Notes under the pieces: generated by a model
Database searches by the model: none
What the model saw: only the letters and a program-made list of their open reading frames with translations
What the model was told of the DNA's origin: nothing
Translations under genes and position numbers: made by a program
Shown: positions 23,219-32,412 of the stretch, in pieces
Position numbering within the stretch: the stretch's first letter is position 1
Layout: every line of letters begins with the position of its first letter
Source of the DNA: a virus
Lineage: Duplodnaviria; Caudoviricetes
Length of the DNA: 38,724 bases
Virus record (IMG/VR): IMGVR_UViG_3300025277_000055
Coordinates: 1-38,724 of that record
Strand: one strand, 5' to 3'

Positions 23219-23622
23219 TCTCTCCACTTTCTTTCAGCCTTGATTAGTGTGCCCGAAATAATAGAAATTCCTCTCACTCCTTTTATCTGAGCAATTAACT
23301 TCTTTAATCTTCTAAGTTCATATTCTGGAGGTCCATCAGTTGCAAATTTAATTCTTAATTTTGACATAAGTCGACCGCCCTCTTTCTTAGAAGCCCCTAT
23401 TCCATCAACGATAGTTACACCACATCTGACTCTAATCGAATTTCTGTAATCTTCAAGGCCCGGATCTTCATCCGACATGGGAACATCAACTGTCAGTATG
23501 GCTTTACACTGCCAGAGTTCAGTTGTCGGCCTAACCTCATCAAGTCTTTTCTTTTTCGCTTCTGTAATTTTGACTTTAATCTTTTTTTTCATGCATCGAT
23601 GCCCTTTGATACAGTATATCAT
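23215..23622 (-). CDS. Hypothetical protein
   Basis: Intact ORF after an ACTAATTAA motif; start may be 23592. Confidence 0.6.
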   Translation of the reverse strand: MIYCIKGHRCMKKKIKVKITEAKKKRLDEVRPTTELWQCKAILTVDVPMSDEDPGLEDYRNSIRVRCGVTIVDGIGASKKEGGRLMSKLRIKFATDGPPEYELRRLKKLIAQIKGVRGISIISGTLIKAERKWRE

Positions 23623-23655
23623 ATTAATTAGTTCTTTTATTAGTTAATAGAATAT

Positions 23656-23681
23656 AAAAAGGGGCGCAAAGCGCCCCTTTT
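23656..23681 (-). terminator. Rho-independent terminator, possibly bidirectional
   Basis: GGGGCGC-3 nt loop-GCGCCCC stem with T/A runs on both sides, downstream of Hsp20. Confidence 0.9.
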
Positions 23682-23702
23682 CAAGCATCGCGAAAGCAGG
23701 CA

Positions 23703-24137
23703 CTAGGTGATACTAATTTCTTGTGCTGGAATTACTTGTACCTCTGGTTTCTTTACTGTCACGACAAGAATACCATCTTTGTATTCAGCGTTGACATTTT
23801 CGGCAACTGTTCCTTCTGGCACAGTCCAGGAACGAGCGAACGAACTGAATGAATGCTTACGAGCATTTCCTTCTTCTTTTTTTTGTTCATTCGTATAAGA
23901 AAGCGTTAATGTCTTCTTCTCGAGAGATGCTTTAAGCTTGTCTCTGTCAAGTCCTGGCGCAGCAATTTCAATTACATGCGCATCATCGGTCTCGTACACT
24001 TCTACGGAAGGTGTTGACCTATTAAAAATTTGTGGATGAAAAAAATCTCTATCGAATGTGCTTTTGGTTGGCGCCAAAAAATCGTCAAACAATTTAGTAA
24101 AATCCGCAAGGGGTTCTGAAAAACGAACAAGTGTCAT
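23703..24137 (-). CDS. Small heat-shock protein (Hsp20/alpha-crystallin)
   Basis: VEVYET...APGL...F.RSW.VP...AEYKDGIL.V; AGGAGG RBS. Confidence 0.92.
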   Translation of the reverse strand: MTLVRFSEPLADFTKLFDDFLAPTKSTFDRDFFHPQIFNRSTPSVEVYETDDAHVIEIAAPGLDRDKLKASLEKKTLTLSYTNEQKKEEGNARKHSFSSFARSWTVPEGTVAENVNAEYKDGILVVTVKKPEVQVIPAQEISIT

Positions 24138-24203
24138 AGTTAATTCCTCCTTTGTCAGCTCTGTTCCATATACAAGATAAGCATCGTGAAAAGAAAGTCA
24201 ACC

Positions 24204-24563
24204 TCATTGAATAAATAAATATATTTTATGCGCGTATTTCAATTCCATTTCATCAACAAGCAGTAGTTTTGAATATGAAGCCAAAAGACTGTATTTTTTG
24301 AGGTCAATAGAGACTGATTCTTCTTCTGTTACTTCATCTACAAACGGAGGAGTAAGAATTAAATCATCCATAAGTTCAACATAACGACAGTTGATGGAGT
24401 AATATTCACACAACAGAGTCATCAAACCTGAATTCCATGCTTCCTCATCATTGATGTACTCTTGAATGCAAGATTTGGCAATTTTCCTGCTGCCCAAACA
24501 ACTACTTATTCTCTCCAAACAATCATTTATTGGAACAGAGTAGTATCCTTCTTCATCTTTCAT
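24204..24563 (-). CDS. Hypothetical protein
   Basis: Intact, translationally coupled ORF. Confidence 0.6.
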   Translation of the reverse strand: MKDEEGYYSVPINDCLERISSCLGSRKIAKSCIQEYINDEEAWNSGLMTLLCEYYSINCRYVELMDDLILTPPFVDEVTEEESVSIDLKKYSLLASYSKLLLVDEMELKYAHKIYLFIQ

Positions 24564-25012
24564 TTTGCTTTTAATTTAGATGGTAGCTTAACTCTTCCAT
24601 ATCTGATCCCCTCTCGCCAAAAATTCTTATTTTTTCGCTGGTCTGTTGCCAGTTCGGCTTCCATGTATTGTCCATTTTCATCTTTTTTAAACTTTGCTTT
24701 GTATAGCGTTAAATGCCCGTACAAAGGTTTTGGTTTCTTTTTGGCATACTTTTTGCGTGGAGGAGCTTGATTAAGAAATTCAATACACTGATGAAAGATT
24801 TCTTCTTTCGATAAGCCCTCACTTAAATATTGTTCATAGTCAACATCTATATGAACTATGATGGGCCACTTATCTCTTCCTAATCCTTTTATCGGCAGAA
24901 CAGTGTGAGAATAAAAGCCTTTTTTCTTTTTTTTACTCGTTAACTTAACTGTGTTTCCGTACTCATGAAATTCACGTAAACCGCATTCAATCATTTTTGT
25001 TATCATCCTCAA
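24560..25012 (-). CDS. Hypothetical basic protein
   Basis: Intact ORF; start uncertain. Confidence 0.6.
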   Translation of the reverse strand: MRMITKMIECGLREFHEYGNTVKLTSKKKKKGFYSHTVLPIKGLGRDKWPIIVHIDVDYEQYLSEGLSKEEIFHQCIEFLNQAPPRKKYAKKKPKPLYGHLTLYKAKFKKDENGQYMEAELATDQRKNKNFWREGIRYGRVKLPSKLKAK

Positions 25013-25274
25013 AAGTTTTTAGAAGTTCTGTGTATCCTCCGACAAAATTATTTTCCACAACAGCCGGCTGATCACCTTTCCAGTCCAAAGTTTGTTCCCA
25101 AATCATTGGAACAGTTTCCCAACTTGTTTGTTCCATTGTGACATCTAAAAGCCTTCGAGCATTGTCCATATCGGTGTAAGCGAATGAACATTCATTTTCT
25201 TTTAGCAGCTCCAAAGCTTTTTGACAGCTTGGGCAAGAATTTCTTGTAACTAACATGTAATGTTTTTCTATCAT
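24987..25274 (-). CDS. Glutaredoxin
   Basis: CPSC, TVP, FVGGYTEL. Confidence 0.9.
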   Translation of the reverse strand: MIEKHYMLVTRNSCPSCQKALELLKENECSFAYTDMDNARRLLDVTMEQTSWETVPMIWEQTLDWKGDQPAVVENNFVGGYTELLKTFEDDNKND

Positions 25275-25277
25275 TTT

Positions 25278-25592
25278 TTAACCTCTTAGTAATTGTTTTT
25301 GCGTTGCCAGACCTAATTTTTCTTGTACAGAGGAAGGTTCTCCAACGACTGTAAGCTCAATCCCGGCGTGGCCTCTGTTTAGATAGACTCTTGTAAAAGA
25401 TTGATTCTCATCTAAATCATCTATTAGCTCATCTTCTGATAAAAGTTTTTTGTATGCCTTATCTTCGCGAAGGCAAACAACGTGTGCCGGATTAACGAAG
25501 ACTTCTCTTAGAGCATAGTTTTCCTTTGACAGTGAACCATTTTCTAACATAAATTTACTTGTTTTTACTACTTCAATTAATTGTGTAACCAT
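25278..25592 (-). CDS. Hypothetical protein
   Basis: Intact, translationally coupled ORF. Confidence 0.65.
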   Translation of the reverse strand: MVTQLIEVVKTSKFMLENGSLSKENYALREVFVNPAHVVCLREDKAYKKLLSEDELIDDLDENQSFTRVYLNRGHAGIELTVVGEPSSVQEKLGLATQKQLLRG

Positions 25593-25834
25593 TAAAAATC
25601 CTCATATACATCTTCTTTATTGGCGAACCAATATTCACCATTATAATACACTTTGCAGTAATTGTCAAGTGAACCCATCAAAAGAACGCGATTTGGTTTA
25701 TTTGTGGTAATGTGATTGTTGACCAAAAGTTGCAACTCGGTTGCTGGGGAGTTCTCCTCATTTTGAAATTGAATTAATCTAACCTCAGATGGTATAAAAA
25801 CAAGGTCGCCTTTTTTAAACTTATTCGTTTTCAT
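25592..25834 (-). CDS. KOW/SH3-like small protein
   Basis: FKKGDLV...KVYY.GEYWF; likely start 25834. Confidence 0.6.
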   Translation of the reverse strand: MKTNKFKKGDLVFIPSEVRLIQFQNEENSPATELQLLVNNHITTNKPNRVLLMGSLDNYCKVYYNGEYWFANKEDVYEDF

Positions 25835-26177
25835 CAATGTTATCGTTTTTTGCTTCACCCTCGTCATTGTTTTCTACAGTGTCAACAATTGATTCTTGCT
25901 CTTCGTTGTTGCCAACTAAGTAAGTTCCATAAGAACCTACAATGTCAACACAATCAGCTAATTTTAGATCTGCATCTGTCAAATTTGTGCGAACTATGTG
26001 CAAATTTTCTAAACAATAATTTAAGTCACTTATTTCAGAAACGTTTCTTAACTTATAAATTATTTTGTTTATCTCTTCACCGTTCTCGTGCAGCTGCTGT
26101 TTAACGTCAGTCAGGAATTTTGCAACCTCATTTGGTACCTGATTATCATCAACAGTATAAGCTATTTTAACCTTCAT
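25821..26177 (-). CDS. Hypothetical coiled-coil protein
   Basis: GGAGG RBS, ATGA overlap. Confidence 0.65.
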   Translation of the reverse strand: MKVKIAYTVDDNQVPNEVAKFLTDVKQQLHENGEEINKIIYKLRNVSEISDLNYCLENLHIVRTNLTDADLKLADCVDIVGSYGTYLVGNNEEQESIVDTVENNDEGEAKNDNIDENE

Positions 26178-26836
26178 CTGACCTCCGATTTATTAATCTT
26201 TTTTAAATATCTCTCTTCACAAAAAATTGTATGTGTTTTACCAAAAGGCAACAATTCATACATTTTTGCGCCCTTTGCTGCACTCTGAACAGCTGTTGCG
26301 TTTATTTTAATGACTGAAAACAAACTGTCACGAATATTTATGGGAGCATTTTTTCTTCCCCTAATAACAGTCCCTACTGGATACTTGGCTTCAGCCTTTG
26401 TGGCCTCAATAACTTTTTTCGTAAATTTATTTTCGCACATTGATTTATATTGTTTCTCAGACGGAACAAAGTCTAATTCATTAAAAATTCTTTCAGCAAG
26501 TTGAGAAAAATAAGGTGGATTATTTTTATAATACAGAGCGCATATGCTAGCTATTTCTCTTTTTTCCTCGTCGTAGTTTGACACCCATTTGTTATAGCTC
26601 TCTGCAGTTTCTTGAGAGTTTTTTTCTTTAATTCTATTTATAGCATCAATTTGATTTTTTGTTAACTCTCCATGCTTTTCATACAACTCTTTTATAGAAA
26701 TTAAAAAATCTTTCGTTCCTCCGAACATCCACGGAAGCTCTAAAAGTTTATTAACCGTTTCAAAAACTTTATCGTCTTTGATCTTTGGTTTTGCAGCCAC
26801 TTTTTTATACTTGTTATAATATTTTTTAACAAACAT
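26174..26836 (-). CDS. Hypothetical protein with SH3-like C-terminus
   Basis: KYPVGTVI...EERYLK. Confidence 0.6.
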   Translation of the reverse strand: MFVKKYYNKYKKVAAKPKIKDDKVFETVNKLLELPWMFGGTKDFLISIKELYEKHGELTKNQIDAINRIKEKNSQETAESYNKWVSNYDEEKREIASICALYYKNNPPYFSQLAERIFNELDFVPSEKQYKSMCENKFTKKVIEATKAEAKYPVGTVIRGRKNAPINIRDSLFSVIKINATAVQSAAKGAKMYELLPFGKTHTIFCEERYLKKINKSEVR

Positions 26837-26839
26837 ACT

Positions 26840-27106
26840 CTACAACACGTTTAAAACTTGATGTATTCCTAAACCAATCAAAGCCGTCATAAGAATCCAC
26901 AAAACTTTTGACACTTGCCTCTTGAAGCTTTCAAGTTCACGAATGCGAGCATAAATTCCCTCATCCGGGTTGTAAACAGCCTCTTTAATTTTTACAATAT
27001 CTTCTGCCATTTCTTCTTGCTTGTCTTTAACTATTTCAATATTATCCATCACCCGTTCAAATTTTCCATTGAGTTCAATAAGAGCTGTTTCAGCCTTTGA
27101 ATCCAT
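26840..27106 (-). CDS. Coiled-coil protein with C-terminal TM segment (holin/hemolysin-like topology)
   Basis: Heptads then VLWILMTALIGLGI; ACTATTTAT upstream. Confidence 0.55.
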   Translation of the reverse strand: MDSKAETALIELNGKFERVMDNIEIVKDKQEEMAEDIVKIKEAVYNPDEGIYARIRELESFKRQVSKVLWILMTALIGLGIHQVLNVL

Positions 27107-27145
27107 TTCGTTTTCCCCTTTTCGGTATTAATAAATAGTCTAGCA

Positions 27146-28726
27146 TCAATGATCAGCCTCAACAACTGCATAATTTGTAGTGATTAATGTTGATGCTGCA
27201 GAAACAGCATTTTGTAAAGCAACTCTTGTAACTTTTGCGGGGTCGATAATTCCTGCTTCAAGCATATCAACTGTTTCGCCAAAGGCAAAATCCCAACCTT
27301 TATTGTTCTTTAGCTTCATTATTTTAGCTAGAATTAAATCAGAAGATTCTCCAGCGTTTTGAGCCATTTGTACAATAGGGGCTTTTGTTACTTCACAAAT
27401 AATTTTTCCTCCTATTTGCTGATCATCATTTTCATATTTAACATTTATTTTCTTTAAGGTTCGAACCAAAGCAACTCCGCCGCCGGGGACGATTCCCTCC
27501 TGTTGTGCTGAACGGACAGCTTCAAGAGCATCTTCAACTCTGTGTTTTTTTTCAATCATTTCAATTTCAGTTGCTCCACCAACTCTAATAATGGCAACAC
27601 CGCTAGCCAGTCTAGTAATCCTTTCCTGTATTTTTTCACACTCATAAAGAGAATCAGTCTGTTCTAATTCAACCTTCAAGTTCTCAATTCTCTGTTCCAC
27701 TTCTAGTGGATCCCCTTTACCACCAACGATTGTTGTAAAGTTCTTTATGATATCAATATTTTTTGCTGTACCCAAATTCACTAACTTGACATCTTGCAAT
27801 TGTATTCTGGATTCTCGTGAGACAAAAGTGGCACCAACAGACACCGCTAAATCTTTAAGAATGTTTCTTCTCTCTTCGCCATATCGCGGCGCTTTGATGG
27901 CAGCAACTTTCATTGTGCCACGAATAGCATTCATAATTAAAGCTGCCAGGGCTTGCCCTTCAATATTTTCACACACAACCACAAGAGGTCTATTTTCTCT
28001 CGCGACAACCTCAAGGAGTGGTAGTATTTCTTCAACAGTTGAAATTTCACAGTCAGTCACAAAAATGAGAGGTTCGTCATATTTCACCGCCCCTCTTCGC
28101 TCATTTGTAATGAATTGGGGAGAGACATATCCTGAATCAAAACGAAAGCCTTCTACAAGATCTAAGCTGGTCTCAACAGAACGAGCCTCCTCAACTGTGA
28201 TTGAACCATCTTTTCCAGCTGCCTCAACAGCAGAAGCAATGAGCTTGCCAATTGTCTTGTCCCCATTGGCTGAAATTGTTGCAACATGCTCAATGTCATC
28301 GACACTAGAAATAGGCTTTGTAAGGCCCTCTAGTTGCCCTACAATCGCCGTAACAGTTTTATCCATTCCTCTCTTTATCTCCACAGGAGAAGAACCCGCT
28401 ACGATGTATTTCTGTGCCTCTCGCAGCAATGCTCGTGCTAAAACAGTGGAAGTTGTTGTACCGTCACCACATTCGTCAGCAGTTCTTGCTGCGACTTGCT
28501 TGATAATTTGTGCTCCTGCATTTTCAAAAGGGTCGTCGAGATCGATGAACCTTGAAATGGTCACACCATCCTTTGTGATAATTGGATTGGATCCCTTTTT
28601 ATGCAAAATTACATTTCGGCCGCGTGGGCCAAGAGTTGATGCAACATTATCAGCAAGTATATCAACACCCTTCAGAATCTTCTCTTGTAAAGAAGAGCCC
28701 GAATCATATTTCTTGACCATGTTCAA
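27146..28726 (-). CDS. groEL: Chaperonin GroEL
   Basis: TLGPRGRNV, ITKDGVT, GDGTTT, GIVPGGG, GIIDPAKV; start may be ATG 28720. Confidence 0.97.
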   Translation of the reverse strand: MNMVKKYDSGSSLQEKILKGVDILADNVASTLGPRGRNVILHKKGSNPIITKDGVTISRFIDLDDPFENAGAQIIKQVAARTADECGDGTTTSTVLARALLREAQKYIVAGSSPVEIKRGMDKTVTAIVGQLEGLTKPISSVDDIEHVATISANGDKTIGKLIASAVEAAGKDGSITVEEARSVETSLDLVEGFRFDSGYVSPQFITNERRGAVKYDEPLIFVTDCEISTVEEILPLLEVVARENRPLVVVCENIEGQALAALIMNAIRGTMKVAAIKAPRYGEERRNILKDLAVSVGATFVSRESRIQLQDVKLVNLGTAKNIDIIKNFTTIVGGKGDPLEVEQRIENLKVELEQTDSLYECEKIQERITRLASGVAIIRVGGATEIEMIEKKHRVEDALEAVRSAQQEGIVPGGGVALVRTLKKINVKYENDDQQIGGKIICEVTKAPIVQMAQNAGESSDLILAKIMKLKNNKGWDFAFGETVDMLEAGIIDPAKVTRVALQNAVSAASTLITTNYAVVEADH

Positions 28727-28737
28727 CCTCTATATAC

Positions 28738-28766
28738 AGTATATGACATTATACAACAAATGTCAA
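28738..28766 (-). promoter_or_regulatory. sigma70-type promoter TTGACA-17-TATACT
   Basis: Upstream of groEL. Confidence 0.7.
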
Positions 28767-28784
28767 GTGTTTTTTAAATTATTT

Positions 28785-30245
28785 TTATTTTGTGTATCTC
28801 GGATCTTTCGCCATGACTTTGCGAATTTCTCTAGCGTCATTTTTCGCTATTTCAGCAGCTTCGTTCGCCTTGCTTCTTCTTTCTTCTCGAAAATACGATC
28901 CAATATTTTCAGCCAGACTCTTTGTCTTTTCAAGGAGGGCCATGACGCCGCCTTTAAGCTTCTCAACATAAATTTTTGCCACCTGATCTATTCTTGATTG
29001 AGACAAATCAATTAAACCATAAGAAGTGAGATTTATCACAGATTTTAAAGCATCAAGCTGGTCCCAACTGGCCAACCATTGTGTCGCACCCTCTGCTTCG
29101 AGAAGTAAACCTTCTTGTAATAATCTTTTCTCTCTTCCGTGAAAAGACTCATTGCGTATTTCGGCATTTCCGGTTTGCTCTTGCTCCTTAGATGTAGCAA
29201 TGGCGGCTTCTCTGCCCTTCTGCGCCTTCCGCGCTTCTTTCTCCCCTTCTTTCCTTTCTTTTTCTTCTTTGGCCTTTTTCTCTTCAGGGGACATAACTGA
29301 TTCTTCCTCTTCCGGTGTTAGTCCGCCGGTTTCTAAAAATCTGTGTAGATCTCCTGTTTTAGTGTATCCGGCTGTTTGTGCTAACAAGGCAGCCAAGGCA
29401 ACATGGTTATGTTTGTTAGAAGGATCTTGATTAAAGTTAGCTGCAAGCTGTTTAAGTTCTAACCTGTCAACGCCATGCAAAAGATGCGCGCCTTGACCAA
29501 CTCCCTCAATAAAGTCTACAAAATTACCTCTTGTAACTTCAAATTCCCAAAATTGTAGCTCCCCTACATTCTCGCCCTCCTTAGCTTTATATGCTACGAT
29601 ATATTTTATAATCGGTGTGTCCCCCACAAGAAGATAATCAACTATGTTAGTATAGCTTCCTTTGGTATTGCCACCTGCTTTCAAAAGCTTTAAACTAACA
29701 GGCACTCCGGAGTCGCCACCATAATCAGAAAATGCTACAAAATCCTCAATTGGCAGAGTCCCACCAACACGAGTCTTCACTTGGTGACCACCTGTTAACG
29801 CTGCCATAAATGCTTCGAAAACAAATCCTGCAGCGCTTTCATTGAAGTCATTCAAAGTTGCTTGAAGTGCTTCAATCACCATCATCATATTGATGATAAC
29901 GCCTGGTGAACGTTTTCCTCTCGCGACTGCAGGATCGAGAAACTTATTGATATTTTGAACTTTTTGTTTCATGTCTCGCCCACCACGAACAACAGAAAAA
30001 ACTTTCATTACATGATCTCTATCTTGCGATTCAGGATCGCCCCAAGCCTCTGTAGGAGAGAACGAGGGGAGAGGGATTGTCATACTAAACCTTCCGCCTT
30101 CCTTTTCTTCTTTTTCTGAAATTATTGAAGCACTCTCTTTTGTGCTTTCATAATCATCAAGAGCTTCTACAACTAACTTTAAAAGTTGGTAAGAATTGAT
30201 GTCCTTTTTATTAAAAAATATGTTGAGACTTTCTTCAATATTCAT
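28785..30245 (-). CDS. Hypothetical 486-aa protein, possible PD-(D/E)xK-like core
   Basis: GFVFEAF...IEDF...VSLKLL; ACTAATTAT 4 nt upstream. Confidence 0.5.
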   Translation of the reverse strand: MNIEESLNIFFNKKDINSYQLLKLVVEALDDYESTKESASIISEKEEKEGGRFSMTIPLPSFSPTEAWGDPESQDRDHVMKVFSVVRGGRDMKQKVQNINKFLDPAVARGKRSPGVIINMMMVIEALQATLNDFNESAAGFVFEAFMAALTGGHQVKTRVGGTLPIEDFVAFSDYGGDSGVPVSLKLLKAGGNTKGSYTNIVDYLLVGDTPIIKYIVAYKAKEGENVGELQFWEFEVTRGNFVDFIEGVGQGAHLLHGVDRLELKQLAANFNQDPSNKHNHVALAALLAQTAGYTKTGDLHRFLETGGLTPEEEESVMSPEEKKAKEEKERKEGEKEARKAQKGREAAIATSKEQEQTGNAEIRNESFHGREKRLLQEGLLLEAEGATQWLASWDQLDALKSVINLTSYGLIDLSQSRIDQVAKIYVEKLKGGVMALLEKTKSLAENIGSYFREERRSKANEAAEIAKNDAREIRKVMAKDPRYTK

Positions 30246-30263
30246 GTTTATAATTAGTACGAA

Positions 30264-30932
30264 CTAAACGATTTCGTCTGCTATTCCTAATTCTACAGCT
30301 TCATCAGCAGTAAGATAGACATTCATCCTTTTTGCTAAAAGTTTCTTGATATATCTTTTGGTCATTTTTGTTTCCTCCAATAGACACACAACCAATCTTT
30401 CTTGAATCCATTTGGCCTCGGCCATTTCGTTTTCAAGATCGGAGAGGTTTCCATGCTGACCAGAAGTAACACCGTGAAGCATAACTCTACAGTTCTTTCC
30501 AATGCGTCTTTGACCTTTTGTTCCGGCTGCCAGGAGTAGAACTCCTGCTGACATAACTTTTCCAAGGCCCAACGTTTTAATCTCGCAATCATCTCTTACC
30601 ATTCGCATTGTATCGTAAATTGAGAACATGTCAACAGCGCTCCCTCCCCAAGTTGACACAATAAAATTCATGGGCTCATATGTAGTTGTGGTTTCTGATT
30701 CAGAATCCTCTGGATCTGAAAGTTCTTCTTTCTTCCCCATTTCTTTTAAAGCCATCAAAGAATAAGTTGTCTCAGCAGCATTTCCCTCAGTGACTTCGCC
30801 GTACAAACCAATTAGTCTGAGCTTTGCTGGTTCAGCTGCAGTATCATTCAACAATAAAAATTGTGAAAGATCTGTTGGTGTTTCCTCTTCCGATTGTTCT
30901 TTTTGCGGTTCTTCAACTTCAAATTTACCCAA
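30264..30932 (-). CDS. clpP: ClpP-family protease subunit
   Basis: STWGGS, IYDTM, MSAG, VMLH, YLTADEAVELGIAD. Confidence 0.88.
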   Translation of the reverse strand: MGKFEVEEPQKEQSEEETPTDLSQFLLLNDTAAEPAKLRLIGLYGEVTEGNAAETTYSLMALKEMGKKEELSDPEDSESETTTTYEPMNFIVSTWGGSAVDMFSIYDTMRMVRDDCEIKTLGLGKVMSAGVLLLAAGTKGQRRIGKNCRVMLHGVTSGQHGNLSDLENEMAEAKWIQERLVVCLLEETKMTKRYIKKLLAKRMNVYLTADEAVELGIADEIV

Positions 30933-30941
30933 TTACTTCTC

Positions 30942-31235
30942 CTAATTAATTTTTTTTGCTTTACCATTTCTGTTGAGTTCTTGCAACTCAAACGGAAATT
31001 CTTTTGCCCAACCGATCCAAGAGTCTTTATCCTGGAATGCTCTAATGAATAAACGTAGCTCCGCTTTGCCGTTTTTGTGCCACCCATATCCAATTTCTTT
31101 CCAATCTTTTAATTCTGCTAAAATCTTCCTTCTTTCTCTCGCTGACATTTTTCCTTCAAGTTGAAGTTTATAAGTGACCTCTTTATCTTTGCCAGTGATT
31201 TGTTTCCAAGCAACAATTGTCATCTCGCTCTCCAT
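30942..31235 (-). CDS. Hypothetical protein
   Basis: Start moved to ATG 31235 after AGGAG. Confidence 0.65.
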   Translation of the reverse strand: MESEMTIVAWKQITGKDKEVTYKLQLEGKMSARERRKILAELKDWKEIGYGWHKNGKAELRLFIRAFQDKDSWIGWAKEFPFELQELNRNGKAKKIN

Positions 31236-31273
31236 ATCATGTTCTCCTATATTATAACAAAAAGAAAAAAAAG

Positions 31274-31657
31274 TCAACCATTTTTTTTATATTGATCTTC
31301 AAAATCTTTTTTCGCCTCTTTCCAGTTGTTAAACTTCAAGAGGTCTCTGTAATATTTAGGCCAATGAGTTTTCAAACGCGATATTATTACTTCTTTCCAT
31401 ATGCTTATTGCTTGTTTATCTTTTTCAATTTTTGCTTTTATATACTCTTCATCCGAATTTGCAGAGCGTACATGTTCATGTTTGAGTTCTAGTGCATGCT
31501 TCACATCTTCTTCTAAGATAGTTAGCAACTTAAGAATGTCTTCTTTCAAAGACTTCATAAAAGAATACATATGTCCATAGTTTAATATAGAAGAAATTAT
31601 CCTATAGGAAATAACTCCTGTAGCAAACCATAAAAACTGATCCATGCCATTTGGCAC
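31274..31657 (-). CDS. Hypothetical protein with N-terminal hydrophobic segment
   Basis: Intact ORF. Confidence 0.6.
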   Translation of the reverse strand: MPNGMDQFLWFATGVISYRIISSILNYGHMYSFMKSLKEDILKLLTILEEDVKHALELKHEHVRSANSDEEYIKAKIEKDKQAISIWKEVIISRLKTHWPKYYRDLLKFNNWKEAKKDFEDQYKKNG

Positions 31658-31666
31658 TACGCCCTC

Positions 31667-32335
31667 TTATTTTTCAATGGAAGTGAATATTTTTTCAACA
31701 ATCTTGTCAGTTAGTTGATTAATTTTTGTTTCTCTAAGCTCTTTAGCTGCAGTTGCGGACTCGTTGAGTTTTTGTGCCTGCGTTAAGCGAGCAGCAACTT
31801 TTTGAGTAATTTTTTCAAGAAGATCTTCTTCATTAAGTTCTTCTGGTTCAGGCTCATTAACTTCTTCAGTGCTTGTTTCCTCCAGCTCTTCCACTCCTTC
31901 CCCGCCTTCAACACCTTCAATATCTTCAATATCTTCAATATCTTCAACACCTTCAGGTTCTTCCCCCACTTCCAATTCGGCCTCTTCTCCACCTTCAACA
32001 TCTAGCGAAAGATCTACATCATACCTTTCAGCAACTTCGTCCACGACGCCCGCAATTCCTTGCATCATATCAGTGAGAGCATCGCCCAAAGGCTCTTCTC
32101 CGCCGGGCTCTTCCGGTTCAAGTTCACCTTCAAGTTCACCTCCAAGTTTTCCTCCAAGATCGCCTTCAAGATCATCTTCTCGGACGTAAGATACGCCAGC
32201 CTCCTCTAACTCTTCCTCTTTGGCTTCAGTTTCTTTAATTTTATCAACAAACGTTTCAGTCAAAGGATCGATTGAGGCCAGTTTCATAAAGCGGCGAATT
32301 GTGTTCTCATTAAGAAGTGGTTTTTTGTTGCTCAT
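31667..32335 (-). CDS. Very acidic protein, prohead core/scaffold-like
   Basis: Glu-rich low complexity, many [LIV]xE sites, RRFMKLA motif, AGGAG RBS, ACTATTTAC upstream. Confidence 0.55.
   Translation of the reverse strand: MSNKKPLLNENTIRRFMKLASIDPLTETFVDKIKETEAKEEELEEAGVSYVREDDLEGDLGGKLGGELEGELEPEEPGGEEPLGDALTDMMQGIAGVVDEVAERYDVDLSLDVEGGEEAELEVGEEPEGVEDIEDIEDIEGVEGGEGVEELEETSTEEVNEPEPEELNEEDLLEKITQKVAARLTQAQKLNESATAAKELRETKINQLTDKIVEKIFTSIEK
31906..31955 (+). repeat. 9-bp in-frame tandem repeat, about 5.5 copies (CTTCAAYAY)
   Basis: Encodes EGVEDIEDIEDIEGVE. Confidence 0.85.
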
Positions 32336-32412
32336 TGGTGTTCTCCTATAACGTTATAAGCTATTATTTCATAGTAAATAGTACGTTGATAAACAAAAAG
32401 TTCATTTAATAT

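Noticed and set aside
27747-28997. 416-aa plus-strand ORF and the other plus-strand ORFs
   Set aside because: Antisense shadows of groEL and other minus-strand genes; no recognisable motifs
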